The notes under the pieces are model-generated. The model ran no database searches and was not told the DNA's origin. It was given only the letters and a program-made list of their open reading frames with translations. Source: Micrococcus luteus NCTC 2665 (GTDB lineage: Bacteria > Actinomycetota > Actinomycetes > Actinomycetales > Micrococcaceae). From it: 32,000 nt of DNA. How positions within the stretch are numbered: the first letter of the stretch is position 1; every line of letters begins with the position of its first letter. The stretch lies in assembly GCF_000023205.1 (NCBI RefSeq), contig NC_012803.1:2400001-2432000 (forward strand). The letters are read 5' to 3'. The position numbers and the translations under genes were made by a program. Positions 14,990 through 22,862 of the stretch are shown here, one piece after another.

Positions 14990-16543
14990 ATGAACAGCAG
15001 GACGTCCCTCTGGCTGGACACCCATCGCGTGTCCGCCCCCGTGTCCGGTCCCCTCCCGACGGATGCGCAGTACGACACCGTGGTCGCCGGCGCCGGGCTG
15101 ACCGGGCTCACCACCGCGGTGCTGCTGGCCCGAGCGGGCCAGCGGGTCGCCGTCCTCGAGGCCCGCTCCGTGGGCGCGGCCGCCACCGGCAACACCACCG
15201 CCAAGCTGTCCCTCCTGCAGGGCACCGTGCTCTCCGAGATCAGCCGCCACCAGAGCGAGGAGGTGCTGCGCTCCTACGTGGCCGGCAACCGCGAGGGCCA
15301 GGCCTGGCTGCTGCGCTACCTCGAGGACTACGGGATCCCCGTCGAGCGGCGCACGGCCTACACCTACGCCACGTCCAAGAAGGGCGTCTCCTCGCTGCGC
15401 GCGGAGCTCGAGGCCTGCCGCACCGCCGGCCTGCCGGCGGCCTGGACGGAGGAGACGGAGCTGCCGTTCCCGGTGGCCGGGGCGATCGCCCTCGAGGAGC
15501 AGGCCCAGTTCCACCCGATGCAGGTCCTGGACGCGCTGGCCACGGAGCTGGTCGAGCGCGGCGGCGCCCTGCACGAGGGCGTGCGCGTCACCGGCGCGGG
15601 GCGCAGCTCCCCGCTCACCGTCCGCACGAGCGCGGGCACGGTCCGGGCGACGAGGCTGGTGCTGGCCACCGGCGTCCCGGTCCTGGACCGCGGCGGGCAC
15701 TTCGCCCAGCTCAGCCCCCAGCGCTCCTACGCCCAGTCCTACCGGGTGCCGGGGCCGATCCCGCAGGGCATGTACCTCAGCGCGGACAGCCCCAGCCGCT
15801 CCCTGCGCACGGCCGACGACGACGGCGGTCAGCTCCTGCTGGTGGGCGGCAACGACCACGTGGTGGGGCGCACGGACTCCGAGCGGCGCGCGGTCGAGGA
15901 CCTGGAGGAGTGGACGCAGCGGCACTTCCCGGGCGCGCGGCGCACCCACGCCTGGTCCGCCCAGGACTACCGTCCGGCGCACCGCGTCCCCTTCGTGGGC
16001 GTCCTGCCGCGCGGCGGGGGGAACATCCTGCTGGCCACCGGCTACCAGAAGTGGGGCATGACCAACGCCGTGAGCGCGGCCCTGCAGCTCTCCACCCACA
16101 TCCTGGGCGGCAGGCTGGACTGGGCCGCACGCCTGCGCCGCGTCCCGACGACCCCCGCCGACCTGCTGACCGGCCTGAAGGACAACGCCGCGGTGGGCGC
16201 CCACCTGGTCGGGGACTGGGCCCGGGCGGGCCTGCGCCCCGCACCCGAGCAGGCCCCGGCGGAGGGGCAGGGCGTGGTCGGCCGGCGCGGCCTCCGGCCC
16301 GTGGCCACCTCCACGGTCGACGGCGTCACGTGCGCGGTCTCCGGGATCTGCCCGCACCTGGGCGGGGTCCTGGCCTGGAACGACGCCGAGCGCACGTGGG
16401 ACTGCCCGCTGCACGGCTCCCGGTTCGCCGCGGACGGCCGCCTGCTGGAGGGGCCCGCCGTCGCCGACCTGGACCCGGCGGGGCTCAGCCGCCCAGCCGC
16501 GCCGCGAGACCGGCCCGCACCGCCGGCCACTCCGCAGCGGTGA
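14990..16543 (+). CDS. FAD-dependent oxidoreductase fused to a C-terminal Rieske [2Fe-2S] domain
   Basis: Track ORF 14990..16543. Dinucleotide-binding motif DTVVAGAGLTGLTTAVLLARAG. C-terminal Rieske ligands CPHLGG ... CPLHGSRF. GGAGACCCCC lies before the ATG. Confidence 0.88.
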   Translation: MNSRTSLWLDTHRVSAPVSGPLPTDAQYDTVVAGAGLTGLTTAVLLARAGQRVAVLEARSVGAAATGNTTAKLSLLQGTVLSEISRHQSEEVLRSYVAGNREGQAWLLRYLEDYGIPVERRTAYTYATSKKGVSSLRAELEACRTAGLPAAWTEETELPFPVAGAIALEEQAQFHPMQVLDALATELVERGGALHEGVRVTGAGRSSPLTVRTSAGTVRATRLVLATGVPVLDRGGHFAQLSPQRSYAQSYRVPGPIPQGMYLSADSPSRSLRTADDDGGQLLLVGGNDHVVGRTDSERRAVEDLEEWTQRHFPGARRTHAWSAQDYRPAHRVPFVGVLPRGGGNILLATGYQKWGMTNAVSAALQLSTHILGGRLDWAARLRRVPTTPADLLTGLKDNAAVGAHLVGDWARAGLRPAPEQAPAEGQGVVGRRGLRPVATSTVDGVTCAVSGICPHLGGVLAWNDAERTWDCPLHGSRFAADGRLLEGPAVADLDPAGLSRPAAPRDRPAPPATPQR

Positions 16544-16673
16544 CGCTGACGTGGTCGGCGTCGGCCACCGTCCCGTCCGCCGCCCGCCGGAACGCGCGCA
16601 GCCGCGGGGCGTCGTCGGGGGTCAGGGGACGCAGGCGGATCCGGCCGTGGGTCAGGTGCGGGTCGTGGGGCAC
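16485..16673 (-). other. 62-codon ORF resembling only the N-terminus of a RimJ/RimL-type GNAT acetyltransferase (possible gene remnant or small protein)
   Basis: Track ORF 16485..16673. GRIRLRPLTPDDAPRLRAF is the usual opening of RimJ/RimL-like GNATs, but the acetyl-CoA-binding core is absent. GC3 is high. The 3' 59 nt overlap the convergent FAD-Rieske gene. Confidence 0.4.
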
Positions 16674-16738
16674 GCTCCGATCGTAGGACGCGCCGCCCGG
16701 CCTTCCCCCGCCGCGGGCCGCGGTGGTTCGATGACGGC

Positions 16739-17098
16739 ATGAGCCTGCGCCTCTCTCACACCACCTGGGAGGCCCTGGACCCCTACGCGATCGCCGAGTT
16801 CTGGCGCGAACTGATGGGCTGGGAGGTCACCGAGCCCGAGGCCTACGAGCCCGGTTCGGACGAGTGCTACCTGGTCACCCCGCACGGGTACACGATCCTC
16901 TTCTACCGGGTCCCGGACGCCAAGCGGGTGAAGAACCGCGCCCACATGGACCTCGCCGTCGAGGACGGCACGCGGGACGAGGAGGTCGAGCGCGCCCTGC
17001 GGGTCGGCGCCACGATGGTGGACGACCGCCGCGGCGACCTCGGCTGGGCCGTCCTGGCCGACCCCGAGGGCAACGAGTTCTGCATCCTCGACACCTGA
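16739..17098 (+). CDS. VOC family protein (glyoxalase-like domain), paralogue of 6643..7050
   Basis: Track ORF 16739..17098. AIAEFWRELMGWEV, KNRAHMDLAV and VLADPEGNEFCIL match the other copy motif for motif. Confidence 0.82.
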   Translation: MSLRLSHTTWEALDPYAIAEFWRELMGWEVTEPEAYEPGSDECYLVTPHGYTILFYRVPDAKRVKNRAHMDLAVEDGTRDEEVERALRVGATMVDDRRGDLGWAVLADPEGNEFCILDT

Positions 17099-17132
17099 GC
17101 CCTCCCGCTCCCGCTCGCCCCGGGGGATCTTC

Positions 17133-17191
17133 GGAACCGATACGACCCTTCTGAGCCCCGCGCGGGGTGCCAGAAGGGTCGTATCGGTTCC
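17133..17191. terminator. Nested perfect hairpin (21-bp outer stem enclosing a 12-bp GC palindrome) between convergent genes; probable bidirectional terminator / palindromic element family 3
   Basis: GGAACCGATACGACCCTTCTG (17133-17153) and CAGAAGGGTCGTATCGGTTCC (17171-17191) are exact reverse complements. The 17-nt interior AGCCCCGCGCGGGGTGC contains the palindrome CCCCGCGCGGGG. It lies between stops at 17098 (+) and 17245 (-). Confidence 0.8.
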
Positions 17192-17244
17192 AGAACCGTC
17201 AGGGCGTGAGGCCACACCCGGACCGGCGGCGAGCGCTCAGCCGA

Positions 17245-18165
17245 TCACGGCGTGGGCATGCCGCCGGTGACGGAGATCGTCGAGCCGACCACGTACGAGG
17301 ACTCGGCCGAGGCCAGGAACACGAACGCGGGGGCCAGCTCGGTGGGCTGGCCGGCGCGGCCGAGCGGGGTGGACTTGCCGAAGTCCGGCAGCTCCTCGGT
17401 GGGCTGGCCGCCGGAGGGCTGCAGCGGCGTCCAGATGGGGCCGGGGGCCACGGCGTTCACGCGGATGCCCTTCGGGGCCAGCTGCTGGCCCAGGCCCTTC
17501 GTGAAGTTGTTGATCGCGGCCTTGGTGGAGGCGTAGTCGATCAGGGTCTCCGGGGGCATGTAGGACACCACGGAGGTGGTGTTGATGATGGACGCCCCGG
17601 GCTTCAGGTGCGGCAGGGCGGCCCGCACCAGGCGGAACTGCGCCAGGATGTTGATGTCGAAGGTGGCCTCGAGCTGCTCGTCGTCGATGGACTCGAACTC
17701 CTTCTGGGCCACCTGCTTGCCGCCGTTGTTCACGAGCACGTCCAGCCCGCCCATGGCGTCGACGGCCTGCGCCACGACGTCCTGGCAGAACTGCTTGTCC
17801 CGCAGGTCGCCGGGGATCCCGACGGCGGTACGCCCCTCCGCCTTGAGCACCTCGAGGACGTTCTGGGCGTCGGTCTCCTCCTCGGGCAGGTAGGTGACCA
17901 CCACGTCGGCGCCCTCGCGGGCGAACGCGATGGCGGTGGCCGCGCCGATGCCGGAGTCGCCGCCGGTGATGAGCGCCTTGCGGCCGGTCAGGCGGCCGGT
18001 GCCGCGGTAGGAGTGCTCGCCGAGGTCCGCCTTGGGGGTCATCTCGGCGTCCAGGCCGGTGCCCGGCAGGTACTCCTCCGGCGGGGTGATCGCCGGGTAG
18101 CGCTTCACCGGGTCCTGCAGGGTGAGCTGGTCGGTGGTGGTGGTGTTCGCGTCGTCGTTCGCCAC
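17245..18165 (-). CDS. SDR family oxidoreductase (YhdF/YghA-like, general-stress type)
   Basis: Track ORF 17245..18252, trimmed to the GTG at 18165, preceded by GAAGGAG at 6-nt spacing. TGGDSGIG cofactor motif, NNGG, catalytic YASTKAAINNF, C-terminal ISVTGG. Confidence 0.9.
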   Translation of the reverse strand: MANDDANTTTTDQLTLQDPVKRYPAITPPEEYLPGTGLDAEMTPKADLGEHSYRGTGRLTGRKALITGGDSGIGAATAIAFAREGADVVVTYLPEEETDAQNVLEVLKAEGRTAVGIPGDLRDKQFCQDVVAQAVDAMGGLDVLVNNGGKQVAQKEFESIDDEQLEATFDINILAQFRLVRAALPHLKPGASIINTTSVVSYMPPETLIDYASTKAAINNFTKGLGQQLAPKGIRVNAVAPGPIWTPLQPSGGQPTEELPDFGKSTPLGRAGQPTELAPAFVFLASAESSYVVGSTISVTGGMPTP

Positions 18166-18268
18166 GGCGTGCTCCTTCAACGTCAGGGGGGCGACGCGCG
18201 GTCCGCGCGCCGTCCTGACCGAGCCTAGGGAGCGTCCCCGTGGCGGGGCCACGGTTCGTCGTCGCAGG

Positions 18269-18775
18269 TCAGTGGGCGCTGCGCACCGGCACGGCGAGCC
18301 CGGTCACCAGAGTGGCGGGGTCGACGTCGGGCCCCGGCTCGGTGTCGTAGGCCTCCCAGCAGAGGTCCCCGGGCTCGTGGCCGTCGGCGCGCAGGGCGTC
18401 GAGGAACGCGCCCCACGCTTCGGGCAGCAGGTCGTAGGGGCCGGTGTGCTGCGCGACGGCGAGGCGGCCCGTGGGCAGCGACGACGGCTCGACGCGCACC
18501 CCGTCGACCTCGAGGGGCCCCGCGAGCGGGACGTCTACGGGGTGCCCGACCTCGAGGTCCACGGTCTCGCCCAGGCCGTCGCCGAGGATGCCCCGGTACA
18601 GGGCGAACGCGGGGCCGGCCGGGGCGAAGGCGCCCTGGCGCACGGCCTGCCCGATCGCACGGAAGGACGAGTCCATGAAGCCGGGCAGGTCCGCGGTGGA
18701 CTGCTCCGGCCCGCGCACCACCACGGTGGGGAAGCCGGGGAAGTCGATCACGTGCATCTCGGAGAGGGTGCTCAT
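18269..18775 (-). CDS. GyrI-like small-molecule-binding domain protein (AraC effector-binding / SOUL-like fold)
   Basis: Track ORF 18269..18937, trimmed to the ATG at 18775 (MSTLSEMHVIDFPGFPTVVVRG...). Pattern A..H.GPYD.L..AW..F and overall length are typical of GyrI-like domains. Confidence 0.7.
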   Translation of the reverse strand: MSTLSEMHVIDFPGFPTVVVRGPEQSTADLPGFMDSSFRAIGQAVRQGAFAPAGPAFALYRGILGDGLGETVDLEVGHPVDVPLAGPLEVDGVRVEPSSLPTGRLAVAQHTGPYDLLPEAWGAFLDALRADGHEPGDLCWEAYDTEPGPDVDPATLVTGLAVPVRSAH

Positions 18776-18876
18776 GCGCTCAGGGTAGCCCCGGGCGTCG
18801 AGCGGCTCAGGAGCCCCGGGTGAGCGCGGCGAGCACGCGCTCCCACTGCCGGGCACGGGCACGGCAGGATGGGCGC

Positions 18877-19791
18877 ATGCCCGAGACCGCCGCGCCCGCG
18901 CCCCGCACCACATCCCGCACCACACCGCACACCACATACCGCCCCTCGCCCGACCACGTCCCCGCCGCCCCCGCCCGCCGCTTCCTGGAGGTGGACGTGT
19001 TCGCCACCGGGCCGCTGACGGGCAACCCGCTGGCCGTCGTCGTGGACGCCGAGGGCCTGTCCGCCGGGCGCATGCAGGCCCTGGCCGCGTGGACCGGCTT
19101 CTCCGAGACCGCGTTCCTGCTGCCGCCCACGGACCCCGACGCCGACTACCGGGTGCGCATCTTCACCCCGCGCGAGGAGTTCGACTTCGCCGGCCACCCC
19201 ACGCTCGGCAGCGCCCTGGCCTGGCTGCACGCCGGCGGGACCCCGCGCACGCCCGGGCGCCTCGTCCAGGAGTGCGGCGTGGGCCTGGTGCCGGTGACCG
19301 TGGCCGACGACGGCGTCCTCGCCTTCGCCACGCCGCCCCTGCGCCGCTCGGGCCCGCTGGACGAGGCCGACGTCGTGCGCATCGCGGCGGGCCTCGGCGT
19401 GGAGCGGGAGGCGATCGTGGACCACGCGTGGGGCGAGAACGGCCCGCCGTGGCAGCTCGTCCGGCTGGCCGACGCCGACGCCGTGCGGGCCCTGGAGCCG
19501 CGCGGGCACGCGGAGCTGAAGGTCGGCGTCGTCGGGCTGGAGGGGCCGGGCGCGGAGACCGCCTGCGAGGTGCGCGCGTTCGCCTACGGCACCGAGGACC
19601 CGGTGACCGGCAGCCTCAACGGGGCGCTGGCCCAGTGGCTGCGCGGGCGGGGGCTGGTGCCTGAGCGGTACGCGGCGGCGCAGGGCTCGCGGGTGGGCCG
19701 GCGTGGGCGCGTCCACGTGCACGACGACGGCGCGCGGATCTGGATCGGCGGGCGGGCGTCCGTGGTGGTGGACGGCACGATCATGCTCTGA
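18877..19791 (+). CDS. PhzF family isomerase-like protein
   Basis: Track ORF 18820..19791, ATG at 18877 chosen. FLEVDVFATGPLTGNPLAVVVDA, GFSETAFLLPP, RIFTPREEFDFAGHPTLGSA and DPVTGSLNGALAQWL are PhzF-family hallmarks. The start is uncertain: it gives a 30+ aa Thr/Pro/Arg-rich N-terminal extension. Confidence 0.85.
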   Translation: MPETAAPAPRTTSRTTPHTTYRPSPDHVPAAPARRFLEVDVFATGPLTGNPLAVVVDAEGLSAGRMQALAAWTGFSETAFLLPPTDPDADYRVRIFTPREEFDFAGHPTLGSALAWLHAGGTPRTPGRLVQECGVGLVPVTVADDGVLAFATPPLRRSGPLDEADVVRIAAGLGVEREAIVDHAWGENGPPWQLVRLADADAVRALEPRGHAELKVGVVGLEGPGAETACEVRAFAYGTEDPVTGSLNGALAQWLRGRGLVPERYAAAQGSRVGRRGRVHVHDDGARIWIGGRASVVVDGTIML

Positions 19792-19801
19792 GGCGCGGGC
19801 G

Positions 19802-21433
19802 TCACAGCCCGCCGTGCACGAACTCCCCGCCCACGGCGGTGGCGACCACGTCGATCGCCGCGATCTGCTCGGCCGGCACCGCGCGGGGGTCCTCGCTGAG
19901 CACCGTGAAGTCCGCGAGCTGGCCCTCGACCAGCCGCCCCTTGCGCCCGCCCCAGCCGGTCGCCTCCGCGGAGCCGACCGTGTAGGCGTGCAGCGCCTCG
20001 GCGACGGTCAGCCGCTCCGCCTCCGGGCCGTACTGCTCGCCGGTCTCGGTGCGGCGCAACACGAAGTCCTGGATCACGTCCAGCGGACGGCCGCCGGCCA
20101 CGGGCCGGTCCGAGCTGCCCGGCAGCACCAGGCCCGCGCGCAGCAGCCGGCCGGCGGGGTAAGACAGCGCCGCCCGCGCGGGACCGATCCGCTCCCGCAC
20201 GGACCCGCCGAACGCGCTGATGAAGTTCGGCTGGGTGGTCATCACCACCTGAAGCTCCGCCATGCGGGCCACCTGGTCGTCCCGGACCACCCCGCCGTGC
20301 TCCACGCGGTGCGGCATCACCGGACGCCCGAACCGGGCCCGCGCCTCGGCGATCACCTCGAGCGCGAAGTCGAGGGCGGCGTCGCCGATCGCGTGCAGGG
20401 CCAGCGCCCAGCCGGCGGCCGCGGCGCCCAGGCACGCGCGGCGCATCTCCCCGGCGTCCTGCTGCAGATAGCCGCGGCCGTGGCCGTGTCCGCAGTAGTC
20501 CTGCGTCATCGCGGCCGTCTGGCCCAGCATGGAGCCGTCCGTGAACACCTTCGCCGGGCCGATCTGCAGCCACTCGTCGCCCACGCCCGTGCGCACGCCG
20601 GCGTCGAGGGTGAGGTGCGTGCCGTCGTCGGCGTGGCCGTCCACCGGGCGCAGCGCGTCCAGGGTGACCATCGTCTGGAAGCGGGTGCGCAGCAGCCCCT
20701 CGTCCCGAGCGCGCTGGTAGGCGCCGAACTCGAGGGGGCTGTGCCCGATCCACCCACCGGCCACGCCCGCGTCCGTGACCGAGGTGATGCCCTCGGCCGC
20801 GTACTCCTGCGAGGCCCGCTGCAGGCACTCGCCGATGTGCTCGTGGGACTCCGGCTGCAGCAGCCGGGTCACGAGGTTCATGGCGGTCTCCTCGAGCAGG
20901 CCCGTGGGCCGGTCCGCGGCGTCCGTGATGATCCGCCCGCCCTCGGGCTGCTGCATCACCTGCTCGCTGATGCCCGCCATGAACAGCACCGCCCCGGACA
21001 CGGTGAAGGCGTGGCCGGTGTTGTGGCGGATGAGCACCGGACGCCCGGAGGCGGCGGCGTCGAGCCCGTCGCGGTCCGGCTGGGGGCCGGTGAGGTGGCC
21101 GGGATCGAAGCCGGTGCACGTCACCCACGCGCCCGGGGTGAGCTCGGCGGCACGGACGCGGATGCGGTCGTAGACCTCCTCGGCGGTGTGCGCGCCCTCG
21201 AGGTCCACGTCCAGGCGCGACTGGCCGAACCACACGCTGTGCGCGTGCGCGTCGTTGAACCCGGCCAGGACGGTGCGCCCCCGCGCGTCGAGGCGCTCGC
21301 GGGCGGTGAGGCCGTCGAGCTGCTCGTCCACCCCGACGACGGCGCCCCGCCACACCCCCAGCCGCGACGCCGCCGGGCGGGCGGGGTCGCCGGTGATCAG
21401 GTGCGCGTTCTCCACGATCAGGTCGAGCTGCAT
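19802..21433 (-). CDS. Amidohydrolase family protein (Amidohydro_3 / YtcJ-like metal-dependent hydrolase)
   Basis: Track ORF 19802..21433. N-terminal IVENAHLITGDP...GFNDAHAHS (HxH metal motif), internal ALHAIGD, C-terminal GSDRP. Confidence 0.88.
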   Translation of the reverse strand: MQLDLIVENAHLITGDPARPAASRLGVWRGAVVGVDEQLDGLTARERLDARGRTVLAGFNDAHAHSVWFGQSRLDVDLEGAHTAEEVYDRIRVRAAELTPGAWVTCTGFDPGHLTGPQPDRDGLDAAASGRPVLIRHNTGHAFTVSGAVLFMAGISEQVMQQPEGGRIITDAADRPTGLLEETAMNLVTRLLQPESHEHIGECLQRASQEYAAEGITSVTDAGVAGGWIGHSPLEFGAYQRARDEGLLRTRFQTMVTLDALRPVDGHADDGTHLTLDAGVRTGVGDEWLQIGPAKVFTDGSMLGQTAAMTQDYCGHGHGRGYLQQDAGEMRRACLGAAAAGWALALHAIGDAALDFALEVIAEARARFGRPVMPHRVEHGGVVRDDQVARMAELQVVMTTQPNFISAFGGSVRERIGPARAALSYPAGRLLRAGLVLPGSSDRPVAGGRPLDVIQDFVLRRTETGEQYGPEAERLTVAEALHAYTVGSAEATGWGGRKGRLVEGQLADFTVLSEDPRAVPAEQIAAIDVVATAVGGEFVHGGL

Positions 21434-21537
21434 GGGGCGGGGCCTCCTGGGACGGGGCGGGCGGGCGAGGCGCGGGTGGGCGGCCTCGTCCGCGAGCGTA
21501 GCCGGGACGCGGGTCAGGATGAGGTCTCGGCGGCGCT

Positions 21538-21609
21538 CACTTTCAGGGCCGAATACGACTCTCCCGGGCCCCAGAGCCCCCGGGAGAGTCGTATTCGGCC
21601 CACAAAGTG
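21538..21609. repeat. Palindromic element family 2, copy A (72 bp): 23-bp perfect inner stem plus 6-bp outer stem, termini CACTTT..GGGCCGAATACGAC / GTCGTATTCGGCCCACAAAGTG
   Basis: GGGCCGAATACGACTCTCCCGGG (21546-21568) and CCCGGGAGAGTCGTATTCGGCCC (21579-21601) are exact reverse complements. The outer CACTTT (21538-43) pairs with AAAGTG (21604-09). It begins 13 nt past the stop (21623) of the minus-strand PLP-enzyme gene. Confidence 0.92.
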
Positions 21610-21622
21610 CGGAGGGCGCGGG

Positions 21623-22801
21623 TCAGGCGGTCGGCCCGCCGCCCGCGGCGGTCATCGCGCGTTCCAGGTCGGCCAGCAGCTCGGCGGTGGGCTCCACGCC
21701 CACGGACAGACGCACGAAACCGTCCGGGACGTCGTCGCCCCAGCGGGCGCGGCGCTCGGCCGCCGTGTGCGTGCCGCCGAAGCTGGTCTGCGGCACCACG
21801 TACTGCGCCGCGGCGATGAACCGCTCGGCCGCCGCCGCGTCCGCGAACCGCAGCCCGACGAGGCCGCCCGCCGCCGTCATCTGACGCGCCACGACCTCCG
21901 CGTCCGGGTGGTCCGCCAGCCCCGGGTAGACCACGGCGCGCACCGCCGGGTGGCCCGCGGCCAGCTCCGCGACCGCCTGCGCCGAGGCGCACATCCGGGC
22001 GAAGCGGACCTCGAGGGTCTCGAGACCGCGGTGGATGAGCCAGGCCTCGTGGGTGCCCAGGATCCCGCCGGCCAGGGTCCGCCAGCCGCGCACCCGCGCC
22101 ATCACCTGCGGGTCCCGGCTGGCCACGTGCCCGCCGAGGGCGTCCGTGTGCCCGTTGACGGCCTTCGTGTCCGAGGCCACGACCACGTCCGCCCCCAGCT
22201 CCAGCGGGCGCTGCCCCAGGGGGGTCAGCAGCGTGTTGTCCACCACCACGAGGGCCCCCGCGCCGTCCCGGCGGCCGTTCGCGTGGGCGCGGGCGGCGAC
22301 GTCCGCCAGGTCCGCCACGCGCAGCCCCGGGTTGGAGGGGGTCTCCACGAGCACCAGGTCGTAGCCGCTCAGGTCCGCATGGGCGAGCCCCTGGGTGGCG
22401 ACCAGGTCCACGTGCACGCCTCGGGGCGTGAGGTGCTCGGCGGCGAGGGCGCGGGTGGGCCCGTAGCCGTCCGCGGGCAGGAGGGCGCGGTCCCCCGGGT
22501 GCAGCAGGGGCAGCAGGACGGCGGCGATCGCGGCCATGCCGGAGGGGACCACGGCGACGTCGGCGTCCTCCAGCGCGCCCAGGGCGGCCTCGAGCGCGGA
22601 CCAGGTGGGCGTGGCCCAGCGCGCGTACTGGAAAGGCACGTCCGCGCCGGGGGCGGTGGGGGCGCCGTCCGGGTCCGCGCCGGGCAGGTGGAACGCGCTC
22701 GCGTGGACCAGCGGCGGGGAGATGGACTCCCCCGGGGCCATCCCGTGGGCGCGGTGGTGCAGGACGGGGCCGAAGGCGGGCGGCGGCGGGGCGGCGGACA
22801 T
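21623..22801 (-). CDS. Cys/Met-metabolism PLP-dependent enzyme (cystathionine gamma-synthase/lyase family)
   Basis: C-terminal 392 codons of track ORF 21623..23380, from the ATG at 22801. PLP-lysine context [26 protein letters not shown] and SFGG(T)HT motifs. Confidence 0.88.
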   Translation of the reverse strand: MSAAPPPPAFGPVLHHRAHGMAPGESISPPLVHASAFHLPGADPDGAPTAPGADVPFQYARWATPTWSALEAALGALEDADVAVVPSGMAAIAAVLLPLLHPGDRALLPADGYGPTRALAAEHLTPRGVHVDLVATQGLAHADLSGYDLVLVETPSNPGLRVADLADVAARAHANGRRDGAGALVVVDNTLLTPLGQRPLELGADVVVASDTKAVNGHTDALGGHVASRDPQVMARVRGWRTLAGGILGTHEAWLIHRGLETLEVRFARMCASAQAVAELAAGHPAVRAVVYPGLADHPDAEVVARQMTAAGGLVGLRFADAAAAERFIAAAQYVVPQTSFGGTHTAAERRARWGDDVPDGFVRLSVGVEPTAELLADLERAMTAAGGGPTA

Positions 22802-22862
22802 GGCCCCGAGCGTAGTCCCGACCCCGGACGCGGCAGCGCGCCCCCTCCCTAGACTGGCGGAC

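Noticed and set aside
18895-18950. CA-rich imperfect repeat (CGCACCACA-like units) at the 5' end of the PhzF-like gene
   Set aside because: The units are short and imperfect. The tract probably just encodes, or precedes, a low-complexity Thr/Pro/His-rich N-terminal extension. It mainly signals uncertainty about the true start codon rather than a distinct element.
22802-22862. SAM or other riboswitch upstream of the Cys/Met PLP enzyme gene
   Set aside because: The divergent spacer to the ABC-F gene is only about 60 bp, too short for any known SAM aptamer plus expression platform.
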